37,917 nt of DNA from Elusimicrobiota bacterium (GTDB taxonomy: Bacteria; Elusimicrobiota; Elusimicrobia; F11), in NCBI GenBank assembly GCA_046153645.1, contig JBJXGI010000066.1, positions 1 to 37,917 of the forward strand, written 5' to 3'. Numbering within the stretch: position 1 is the stretch's first letter; every line of letters begins with the position of its first letter. This document shows positions 18,665 through 26,610 of this stretch, piece after piece. Position numbers and translations under genes: made by a program. Below the pieces are notes generated by a model. The model did no database searches. It was given only the letters and a program-made list of their open reading frames with translations, and had not been told where the DNA came from.

Positions 18665-19425
18665 AGGTATTCCACTTCCCACGGAATGATCTCCTGGGGA
18701 TCGTAGCCGTGACGACGATTGATGGCTCGCACGGTCTCAACAATCATTGGTCGAAACGTCATTTTATTTGGGCTGGCGCCCGCCATCGACAAATTGCTTT
18801 CATGGAGACGCCGGTCGAACACGGGAATTTTTAAAATCGGAACCTCCATGCTCTTGAGCAAGCGGAAATGAAAATCACAATCGGGCGCAACCGGCAGCGT
18901 CTCATCGTAAAGGCCGATTCGATCAAACGCTTCCCGGCGATAAACATATAGAGAGCACGAGACCGGGAAAAAGTGTCCGGCGCGGTAAAAGGCCTCATTC
19001 AAGCGAAGCGGAAAGATGTGCTTGGCCGCCATCCGTTCAAACACCTCCGCCACAATTTCGCCGCGCTCATCAATTATTTTTGAGGGAAACCCTCCAACGA
19101 CATTTTCATCCGGATGAGACAACAGGAATTCAAGACGAGAGGCCAAAGCGCCCGGAACGATAATGTCATCGGCGTCAAGAAACGTTACAAACGGCGCCGC
19201 CCCTGATTTCACGCCCGCGTTACGGGCCGCCGCCTCCCCTCTCTGGGATTGTTTCACCACGCGGATCGGTTGGCCGTTTAGCGCATGAACGCCATCATCC
19301 GTGGACCCATCATCGACAACAACAATATCAAGGCCAGGCAGATTTTGAGCCAAAACACTTCCAACCGCTTCTTTCAAATACGGGCCCGCATTGTGAACAG
19401 GAATAATGACGGAAAGAGATTTCAC
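18661..19425 (-). CDS. Glycosyltransferase family 2 (soluble)
   Basis: SVIIPVHN, VVDDGSTD, ARNAG, FLDADD. Confidence 0.9.
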   Translation of the reverse strand: MKSLSVIIPVHNAGPYLKEAVGSVLAQNLPGLDIVVVDDGSTDDGVHALNGQPIRVVKQSQRGEAAARNAGVKSGAAPFVTFLDADDIIVPGALASRLEFLLSHPDENVVGGFPSKIIDERGEIVAEVFERMAAKHIFPLRLNEAFYRAGHFFPVSCSLYVYRREAFDRIGLYDETLPVAPDCDFHFRLLKSMEVPILKIPVFDRRLHESNLSMAGASPNKMTFRPMIVETVRAINRRHGYDPQEIIPWEVEYL

Positions 19426-19427
19426 GT

Positions 19428-20102
19428 TTAGTCTTTTTCCCCAAACCGAGCAGCTTCAATCCGGCGCAAGCTTTCTTCTTTGTGATGCCGTTCATCAAGG
19501 CCAATCTGCCGAAGCAGGTCAGCCAGACTGTCAAACCGTCCGTAGTCATCCTCAAAATCACTCTGAAAAAGTTCATTTTCAAAATGAGAATTTTCTCGGA
19601 CGAATTCCATGTATTCGTGCTCCGCATGATCCTCAAAATCAGCATTCAACTGGTAACTCAGGCTTGGCTTTATGACATAGAGAAGCCAACTGATGTGGTA
19701 GTAAACAAACGCGATTATTTGGGGAATAATACGCGCCAAAATATACTTTTCAGTTATTCCCTTTTTTTGAACCAATTCCTCTAAAATCAAAAGATGCCAC
19801 TGTTCATTGTCTTGTTGACTGCGAGACTCTTTAACAAAATCAAAAACCCGTCTGGCAAAGTGGGGCCGACTGTAGGTGTGCGTCATAGCAATATAAGCCA
19901 CATGTTCCCACGCCTGATACGGAACGCGAGCAATAATCTCAAGCACTTTAAATTTCGAAAAGGTTCTTTTTTGTCCGTAAAGCAGGTCCATGCTCCAAAA
20001 TAATATTTTTGATAAAAAGCCATAACGTCTTCGAGCGGTCTTGAAAGTGATGTCTTGCTGGTTTTTTAGAGAAACTAATGCAAGGTCTTTAACTGTTGTC
20101 AT
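19428..20102 (-). CDS. Alternative-oxidase/PTOX-like diiron carboxylate protein
   Basis: LEIIARVPY, DNEQWH (ExxH), FEDHAEHEY, DERHH (ExxH); all four Glu and two His ligand positions appear present. Confidence 0.8.
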   Translation of the reverse strand: MTTVKDLALVSLKNQQDITFKTARRRYGFLSKILFWSMDLLYGQKRTFSKFKVLEIIARVPYQAWEHVAYIAMTHTYSRPHFARRVFDFVKESRSQQDNEQWHLLILEELVQKKGITEKYILARIIPQIIAFVYYHISWLLYVIKPSLSYQLNADFEDHAEHEYMEFVRENSHFENELFQSDFEDDYGRFDSLADLLRQIGLDERHHKEESLRRIEAARFGEKD

Positions 20103-20563
20103 CGGTACTCCTTCTCAAAAAAATCAGAAATTACTTTTTCGCGATAGGCAAAAATCCCATGGAGCTGACGTTTGACAAAGAGTCCATGTAAAAGATTGCC
20201 AACCAACCCAAACGGTAAACAGTAATGGACAATGTCTTTAATCAACGTCCCCTCTGGATGTTCCTCAAACAAGTGCGTGTGGTGCCAAAATGAATAGGGC
20301 CCCTTCAATTGGACATCGACAAATTTATGGGGCGGTTCGTATTCGGATATCAAACTGGTCCAACGAATGGGAAACCTCATGACGCAAACTGTGTAATCAA
20401 TGAGACTGCCTTTCCCCATTTGTATCGGAGTGGGGGTGAGAATTTTAAATCCAAGCTCGGGCGGCGTAATTTTCGCCAAGTTGGCAGGATTTTCAAAAAA
20501 AGAAAAAACGTCTGGGAGACTTTTTTTAATCAATTGCGTATGATGGAGTTCATGGGTCTTCAT
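20099..20563 (-). CDS. SRPBCC-family protein
   Basis: FFENPANLAKITP, W.S.I.EY.PP.KFVDVQLKGPY.FWHHTH.F. Confidence 0.9.
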   Translation of the reverse strand: MKTHELHHTQLIKKSLPDVFSFFENPANLAKITPPELGFKILTPTPIQMGKGSLIDYTVCVMRFPIRWTSLISEYEPPHKFVDVQLKGPYSFWHHTHLFEEHPEGTLIKDIVHYCLPFGLVGNLLHGLFVKRQLHGIFAYREKVISDFFEKEYR

Positions 20564-20651
20564 TTTGATTGATGGTTACCTTAAATTCTAACTTATGGCT
20601 TAACAAAAAAAACATGCTTCAGTTCCAAATCAAAGAAAGAACTCCCATTCC

Positions 20652-21312
20652 TTAAAACCGACAGGTGACAATCACATTCAAAGCATTGAACCAACCAAAG
20701 GTGTAGACCGAATCTGTGTCGCTGCCTCCCTCGATGGTCCGGTATCCAATGCCTAAGTCCCAGCGATTCGAGAGTGTATAAAGTCCTTTAAGAGCAAAGT
20801 CGAGAGCGCGACCTGGCCCGCCTGCCAAACCATCGAACTCCATTTGAGCCCGCAAACGATCCGTCAAACGTCGTTGCCCTGAGACATGAAGCAACGGGAC
20901 GAATCCGACGTTGCTCTTAGCAGAGGACACACCAGCTTGTTCGAGTTTAATTTCGGCATCTCTTATTAAAAGCGTTCCGCCCACATTCCACTTCCATTTT
21001 TCAGCGTTGTGAAACATGTACCGATAGGTCAATCGATATGTGTCAAATTGATAGGTTCCTTTGGTCGGCACATCTTTGAGAAAAGTTTGGCCATTAAAAT
21101 TAATATTTTCGGATAGACTTCTCGTCCCATCAACACGAAATGGAACAGCGGCAAATCGGTATTGATGAGGAGAATGGGTATTCCAGTCCAACCTCAAAAG
21201 AAGTTTTGGATATTGAAGCCGCCCCTAATTTTGACACCCCCAATAAAAAAAACACGCTCCACCACATCGCACTCTTTGAGCGATGGTTAAGGTTTTTATG
21301 ATCTTTTTTCAT
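20652..21312 (-). pseudogene. Outer-membrane beta-barrel gene with frameshift (probable internal deletion) near 21190
   Basis: The signal peptide MKKD...WWSVFFLLGVSKLGAASISKTSFEVG is in one frame. The barrel body RLDWN...YRLTYRY...GFVPLLH...GYRTIEGG...RF is in another frame and has no signal. Confidence 0.65.
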
Positions 21313-21347
21313 CAAATCGTGAGAGTCTTTTAAATTCCAGAGTCGAT

Positions 21348-21581
21348 TTATTTTGCAGTCTCTTGTGATGGACAAGCGGACATCATTGCTTTCTTGCAGT
21401 CAGCATAACGACTGGACGAACAGCGAGTGCCCATAAGATAGCCAATCACTCCACCTAAAAGAAAAAGCATTACAACAAGGAGAGCTTTTGCGCCGCAACA
21501 TGATTTACGACAACCACCCTTACTTCCACAGCCTGACTTTGCGCAACATTCATTTTTTGATTCTTCTTGTCCTGATTCCAT
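21348..21581 (-). CDS. Small Cys-rich single-pass membrane protein
   Basis: AAGGAG SD; CCAKSGCGSKGGCRKSCC, then a TM, then 3 more Cys. Confidence 0.7.
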   Translation of the reverse strand: MESGQEESKNECCAKSGCGSKGGCRKSCCGAKALLVVMLFLLGGVIGYLMGTRCSSSRYADCKKAMMSACPSQETAK

Positions 21582-21653
21582 AATTTTCTCCTTAACATCT
21601 ATTTAAATAAATTCAATATATAAACTCGTAGGCATCATCAAACAGGGATGAAG

Positions 21654-21764
21654 CCTTTTAGTTCCTATCAAACGCGCGTGAATTGCCGGCGGTTCCGTAA
21701 TGAGCTTTGGCCATCATGATAAAGAATGCGCGCTACCACACTGATCGGATCCACGACTAAAAGG
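21654..21764. other. Long imperfect inverted repeat in intergenic DNA
   Basis: ccttttagt/actaaaagg termini; inner tcctatc/gatcgga and cgcgcg/tgcgcg pairings. Confidence 0.4.
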
Positions 21765-21777
21765 ATATAAAACGGGC

Positions 21778-22494
21778 TTAGGAAAACCAATCCGTCAACA
21801 AAAGGCCGAGCATGCTTAAATTGTTCGTGATGATCAAAACACCAATAACAATCAGAATGACGCCGCTGGCCACGATAATTTTAGGAATATGGCGACTTAG
21901 TTTTTTGTAGGTTGTTAGGAATTTGTTAAGAGCAATCGCCGACAAGAAAAAGGGAATCCCAAATCCCAACGAGTAAACGGCCAAAAGTGCCATCCCTTTG
22001 ACGATTTCTGTTTGAGTGGCGGCGACCATAAGAATCGACCCCAAAATGGGGCCGATGCAAGGTGTCCAACCAGCGGCAAACGCCATTCCAATTAACACAG
22101 CACCGACATATCCCACCGGACGGCTTTTAAGGTGCATTCGTTTTTCGATTTGGAGAAACTTAATGTTAATAAGGCCAGTGAAGTGAACACCGAGAACAAT
22201 GACCAAAGCCCCGCCCACCCACCGGATTACATTTTGATAACGATTCAACGACGTTCCTACCGCTGTTGCGGTCGCTCCAAGCAGAACGAAAACAATCGTG
22301 AATCCAACAATAAATAAAAGTGAATTAAGGACCGTGGCGCGCAAAATTTTGGATCGGTCTTCTTCACTGGCTAGTTCAGAAAACGAAATCCCCGTTATAA
22401 AACCGATATAGGACGGAATTAACGGAAGAACACAGGGCGACAAGAATGAGAGGAAACCAGCGGTAAAGGCCATCCACAAAGTCATGTCAGTCAT
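21778..22494 (-). CDS. ccdA: CcdA-family membrane electron transporter
   Basis: FLSPCVLPLIP and GWTPCIGPIL motifs; about 6 TMs. Confidence 0.9.
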   Translation of the reverse strand: MTDMTLWMAFTAGFLSFLSPCVLPLIPSYIGFITGISFSELASEEDRSKILRATVLNSLLFIVGFTIVFVLLGATATAVGTSLNRYQNVIRWVGGALVIVLGVHFTGLINIKFLQIEKRMHLKSRPVGYVGAVLIGMAFAAGWTPCIGPILGSILMVAATQTEIVKGMALLAVYSLGFGIPFFLSAIALNKFLTTYKKLSRHIPKIIVASGVILIVIGVLIITNNLSMLGLLLTDWFS

Positions 22495-22513
22495 ATGAGC
22501 TCTCCTTTAAATC

Positions 22514-23026
22514 CTATTTTTTCTTCTCGCCAGCCAAGAGTTGGTCGATTTCTTCACGCCACTTGACCGGATCTTTCTCGTTAAAACCAAAATGTACAAA
22601 ACGGATAACACCTGTTTTATCGATGATGAACGAGGACGGCATAGACCTGGCGACGTAGTTTGCAACAACTTCTGATTTTGGGTCCAATAAAATTGTCATC
22701 GCGCCTGGATTGATTTTCATTTTCTCAAGAAACTTTTTAACGCGGTCTTGGCTCTTGTCCAGATTAATCGCCAACACTTGAAGGCCATGTCCCTTATATT
22801 CATTTGCGAGCTCACTTAACTCAGGAAACTCTTCCTTGCAAGGAGGACACCAACTTGCCCAAAAATTGACCAAAACCACATCCTTTCCTTGAAAATCCTT
22901 TAAGGAAACATCTTTCCCATTCATGTCTTTCAATGAAAACTGTGGCGCTGGATCATTCACAAACGCCGCATTTAAAACCGCGCTCAAGGCAAGTATTGTT
23001 AATCCAAAAATAATTTTTCTTTTCAT
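22514..23026 (-). CDS. TlpA/ResA-family thioredoxin-like protein, exported
   Basis: Signal MKRKIIF..., APQFSL, NFWASWCPPCKEE, MPSSFIID. Confidence 0.9.
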   Translation of the reverse strand: MKRKIIFGLTILALSAVLNAAFVNDPAPQFSLKDMNGKDVSLKDFQGKDVVLVNFWASWCPPCKEEFPELSELANEYKGHGLQVLAINLDKSQDRVKKFLEKMKINPGAMTILLDPKSEVVANYVARSMPSSFIIDKTGVIRFVHFGFNEKDPVKWREEIDQLLAGEKKK

Positions 23027-23054
23027 TCTGTAACTCCCATTTTTATGATTTGAT

Positions 23055-23960
23055 TCATCGATAACACCAAGATTGAACATCTGCTTCCTTGAGAAGAGAT
23101 TCCGCCTTTCTTCCATTTAAAATTCCCAACGTCGATAAAAAACCGGCCTCTGAGCATGAATTCGCAGCGACCGTGACAGACCGCGGCGCGTCTTCGACCG
23201 GCCAGCCGCATAGCGGATCCAAAATGTGGCCGTACCGTTTCCCGTGTGCGAATAAATATTTTTTGGAGTCTCCGCTTGTGGCCACGGCGCCTTGCTTCAA
23301 ATAAATCGTCTTCACAGCTTGGTCAGTGCTATTTGAATCTTCAATTCCCACCGCCCAGGGCAAGCCGTTTCTTTTATGACCACCCACCGCGATATCGCCT
23401 CCAAAATTCACAAGCAACCCGATATCGCTTCGTTCCCGAAGCAACTGCAGCGTCCGGTCAACCGCATATTCTTTTCCGATTCCGCCCAAATCAATTTCCA
23501 TACCCGGAGCTAACTGGATGATGGGGCGACGCCATGTCACTTTTTTCCAACCAACCAGAGGGAGGAGCTCGCTTACTTCTTGTTCTTTTGGAATCTGATT
23601 TTTCCCATCGAATGTCCACGCCTTCCTCAAGATTCCGGAGGTGATATCGAATAATCCATCGCTCAAGGAAAAACATTGATCGGCGAAATCAAGCAATTGG
23701 GCAGTTTCTTCATCCACTTGCACTGGATGGCCCTCGCTTGTATTAATTTGATGAACAATGTTGTCTTCGTTGTAACGGCTGAATTTCTTTTCGATGCGCC
23801 ATGCCTCTTGGGACGCAATCTGAAGAAGTTTTCGCGCAAGCGCCAAATCATCCGTGTCCATTAAAACTTCACAGGAACATCCCATCGCGGTAAACTTTCC
23901 AACGATGGAATCGTCTCTTTTAAATAAACGAGTGGGTGATAAACGGTCGGCCATCAACAT
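23055..23960 (-). CDS. apbE: FAD:protein FMN transferase
   Basis: AMG, SDGLFDIT, DLGGIGKEYAVD, VNFGGD, ATSG, HILDP. Confidence 0.92.
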   Translation of the reverse strand: MLMADRLSPTRLFKRDDSIVGKFTAMGCSCEVLMDTDDLALARKLLQIASQEAWRIEKKFSRYNEDNIVHQINTSEGHPVQVDEETAQLLDFADQCFSLSDGLFDITSGILRKAWTFDGKNQIPKEQEVSELLPLVGWKKVTWRRPIIQLAPGMEIDLGGIGKEYAVDRTLQLLRERSDIGLLVNFGGDIAVGGHKRNGLPWAVGIEDSNSTDQAVKTIYLKQGAVATSGDSKKYLFAHGKRYGHILDPLCGWPVEDAPRSVTVAANSCSEAGFLSTLGILNGRKAESLLKEADVQSWCYR

Positions 23961-23962
23961 AA

Positions 23963-25228
23963 TCAGAACCTGTATTGGACCTGGAAAATGGTGGCTTTAA
24001 GATCTGGATACAAATCAAGCCCTCTCTGGACTCCGATGGCCGAATCGGGGTTACTCTCGCCTATCTGTGTGTAATATTCCAATCTCAAGATGAGTTCGGA
24101 TTCATTTAAGAATCGCCATCCCCATTTAAGGCCGTAAGTGAGTCCATTAAATTTGGCCAGCCGGTAATCCGCGCTTGCTTCGCGAGGTAAAGGAGCTCCG
24201 CTGAGCAAGTTAACCCGGAAAAAATCTGCCTCTGATTGACTGTAAAACCGAAACCGAGGTTCAAAATATTGTCGGTCCGACATCTTCCAGTTGTAATTGA
24301 GATCCACCGTGTGAGATTTTACGCCCCAATCATCGAAGAAATAACGATAGGACCCGCTGATCACATCGCGATTCAAATGGAGACGCGTGAGCCAAAATAA
24401 CGCGTGTTTCGTTCGACTGTCCGGCCGATTTTCATAAACATTATCCACGGTTGCGCCCGTTGTCGGATCGATCCGACTTAAAAGCTTGTAGGGATCATTC
24501 AAATAGCCGCTGTTTCGGCTAAGCGAATAATTCAATTGCATCAACATTCGGCGGTTCACGACTTGTGTCAGCCCAAGAATTCCATCAAACACCGTTTTGG
24601 TATCGCTGCCACCTTGACGGGGTTGAGTTTGTCCTGATGCTGCCATCGCCGCAAAAGGAATGGGCACACCACCCACAGGATCCACTGAATCGAACTCAGT
24701 CGAAATGCCTGCCATGAGAGTCGTATTTTTTTGATTAAAATCTCTTGCGATTTGCGCGCTACCGCCGAACGAGGTGAAGTCGTATTCCTTAGAGACATTT
24801 GCGCCTAATGTCAAAACTGTTAGTCGGTTCAGTGGTTGTTTCCAAGACCCGTTTACGGCAATTCGCGTATCACGAAACGTATCATCGAGAGGAATTTCAC
24901 CAGGCTCAACAGTATAACTGCCGCCTCCTGACGGACGAGTGAATGTTTGAGCGACATTAGTGGCGGTCGCGCCCGTAGGAGTGGCACCGGTTAATGCATC
25001 GAGCGTGAATTTTAAACTCGCTTCGCGTCCACCCTGAAAGCGTTTCTTCAATTCGATAACAGGTTCAACAGCCTGAACCCGTCCGTCCGCTTCGGAATAA
25101 TAAAGGATAGAGGAATCCAGGTCCCATAGATCGAGTTTTCCCGCCTGTGCTGCCGGAACAGCTCCCAAAAGCGCACATGCAGCCGATGAAAGAGTTTTCT
25201 TCAAATTATTTTTATTAGTTACACCCAC
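23963..25228 (-). CDS. DUF3570-family outer-membrane beta-barrel with flavinylation motifs
   Basis: GTG start overlapping the DUF4266 end (MGVTNK...AAQA signal); DALTGATPTGAT; GYLNDPY; ENRPDSR; DDWGVKSHT; SADYRL; C-terminal F. Confidence 0.85.
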   Translation of the reverse strand: MGVTNKNNLKKTLSSAACALLGAVPAAQAGKLDLWDLDSSILYYSEADGRVQAVEPVIELKKRFQGGREASLKFTLDALTGATPTGATATNVAQTFTRPSGGGSYTVEPGEIPLDDTFRDTRIAVNGSWKQPLNRLTVLTLGANVSKEYDFTSFGGSAQIARDFNQKNTTLMAGISTEFDSVDPVGGVPIPFAAMAASGQTQPRQGGSDTKTVFDGILGLTQVVNRRMLMQLNYSLSRNSGYLNDPYKLLSRIDPTTGATVDNVYENRPDSRTKHALFWLTRLHLNRDVISGSYRYFFDDWGVKSHTVDLNYNWKMSDRQYFEPRFRFYSQSEADFFRVNLLSGAPLPREASADYRLAKFNGLTYGLKWGWRFLNESELILRLEYYTQIGESNPDSAIGVQRGLDLYPDLKATIFQVQYRF

Positions 25229-25442
25229 AGCCGCCTCCCCCAAATGACCGTCCGCCACTTGAACCTTCAATGCTGAAGTAAATATGATCATCGTACGCAG
25301 ATTGAATTGGATTCGGGTCAACTTGCATGGCCGGTTCAGACATCAAACCGCGCTCCCAGGGCTGCACGCCCATCGTTGCGCAACCGCCTAAGACAAGTCC
25401 ACCGATCAACAAAAATAAACTTAAAACAAATGCTCGATTCAT
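25215..25442 (-). CDS. DUF4266-family lipoprotein
   Basis: LGG-C lipobox, VQPWERG, EGSSGG...GGGCGCN C-terminus; AAGGAG SD. Confidence 0.9.
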   Translation of the reverse strand: MNRAFVLSLFLLIGGLVLGGCATMGVQPWERGLMSEPAMQVDPNPIQSAYDDHIYFSIEGSSGGRSFGGGGCGCN

Positions 25443-25831
25443 GCTGTCTCCTTGGAAGGTGCCCAGAGGGCCACCAAATTTTTTTCTCGGTCGAAGAACC
25501 ACTGATAAGACCCGCGGCCCTTTTCGAGATCTACTCTTTCTCCCACCAATTTTCCGCCCAACTCTTTGACTCGATAACTGTAGACGTCCAAATCGTCCAC
25601 AGTAAAATAAAGAACGGGGATATGCATTTCTCCTCGTTCTCTTGTCGTCTGCCGAATTCCTCCAATAAGCTCATCACCTGCTTGGATAACCCAATAGTCG
25701 GGAATGGGAGACTCAGACATCAAGAGAAACTGCCAATGGAAAAGCCCTTCATAAAATGACCGGGCGTTAACGACGTCCGTCACGGGAAGGTCAAACCAAT
25801 ATGTCTTTCCAATTCTGTTCTGAAGGTTCAT
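25439..25831 (-). CDS. VOC (glyoxalase/bleomycin-resistance) family protein
   Basis: WFDLPVTD...ARSFYEGLFHW, LYFTVDD, LGGK, F.DREKN. Confidence 0.85.
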   Translation of the reverse strand: MNLQNRIGKTYWFDLPVTDVVNARSFYEGLFHWQFLLMSESPIPDYWVIQAGDELIGGIRQTTRERGEMHIPVLYFTVDDLDVYSYRVKELGGKLVGERVDLEKGRGSYQWFFDREKNLVALWAPSKETA

Positions 25832-25838
25832 GACCACA

Positions 25839-25893
25839 AAGATAATCAATTAAGATTAAGGTTTTCTTAGATATAAATTAGAATCTTCTAATG
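25839..25893. promoter_or_regulatory. 11-bp-periodic TTA(A/G) array with -10 for the VOC operon (putative response-regulator operator)
   Basis: ttaag/ttaga/ttaga/taatg at 25856, 25867, 25878, 25889. Minus strand: 11 nt, TATCTT, 7 nt, ATG. Confidence 0.55.
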
Positions 25894-25932
25894 TTCACTA
25901 TCAGTTCGAAAAATAAAAGATAATTCATTGCG

Positions 25933-26610
25933 ATGAGAATCCTCCTTATTGAAGACGACCCAAAAATTGCCCAGTTCCTGGAGAAAGGTCTCAAGGAAGA
26001 AGGGTATGTCACGCATTGGGTGAAAGATGGTGAATCGGGTTTTGAAAAAGCCGGCGAAGAAGAATGGGATTTGGTTATTCTTGATCGGATGCTTCCCAAA
26101 ACAGATGGCCTTGTTGTCTGCCGAAAAATCCGAGAAAAGGGCAGTCGGGTCCCCATTCTTATTCTGAGCGCGAAGGGAACGATCGAAAACCGCGTGGAGG
26201 GATTGGACTCTGGGGCCGATGATTATCTACCTAAGCCATTCGCTTTTAGCGAGCTCTTGGCCCGCGTACGAGCGCTCGCTCGACGGAAATCAGAGGACCT
26301 TAAGCCGACATTAGAAATAGGCGATCTTAAATTGGATTTGGTTGCCCATAAAGCGACTTACCAGGATAAGGAAATTGACCTGACAAGCCGCGAGTTCGCC
26401 CTTCTTCAATTATTTATGCGGCGCAAGGGCCACGTTCTATCGAGGACAATTATCGCCGAGTCTGTTTGGGATTATGATTTTCAAAGCGGAACCAACGTCA
26501 TTGACGTTTATGTGAATTATTTGAGAACCAAATTAAAGAAGATGACTGGACAAGACATGATCCAGACCATTCGCAATCGTGGTTATCAATTTGAGAACCC
26601 CACCAAATGA
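25933..26610 (+). CDS. OmpR-family response regulator (CusR/CzcR-like)
   Basis: IEDD, LDRMLP, GADDYLPKPF, TNVIDVYVNYLR, IRNRGY. Confidence 0.93.
   Translation: MRILLIEDDPKIAQFLEKGLKEEGYVTHWVKDGESGFEKAGEEEWDLVILDRMLPKTDGLVVCRKIREKGSRVPILILSAKGTIENRVEGLDSGADDYLPKPFAFSELLARVRALARRKSEDLKPTLEIGDLKLDLVAHKATYQDKEIDLTSREFALLQLFMRRKGHVLSRTIIAESVWDYDFQSGTNVIDVYVNYLRTKLKKMTGQDMIQTIRNRGYQFENPTK

Noticed and set aside
21778..23026. ccdA-tlpA as a cytochrome c maturation locus
   Set aside because: No ccsA/resB/ccm genes or CxxCH proteins are in the window; the context points to the DUF3570 system.
25878..26156. 92-aa minus ORF and the many other antisense or nested ORFs in the track
   Set aside because: They overlap well-supported genes on the other strand or frame and show typical shadow-ORF composition.
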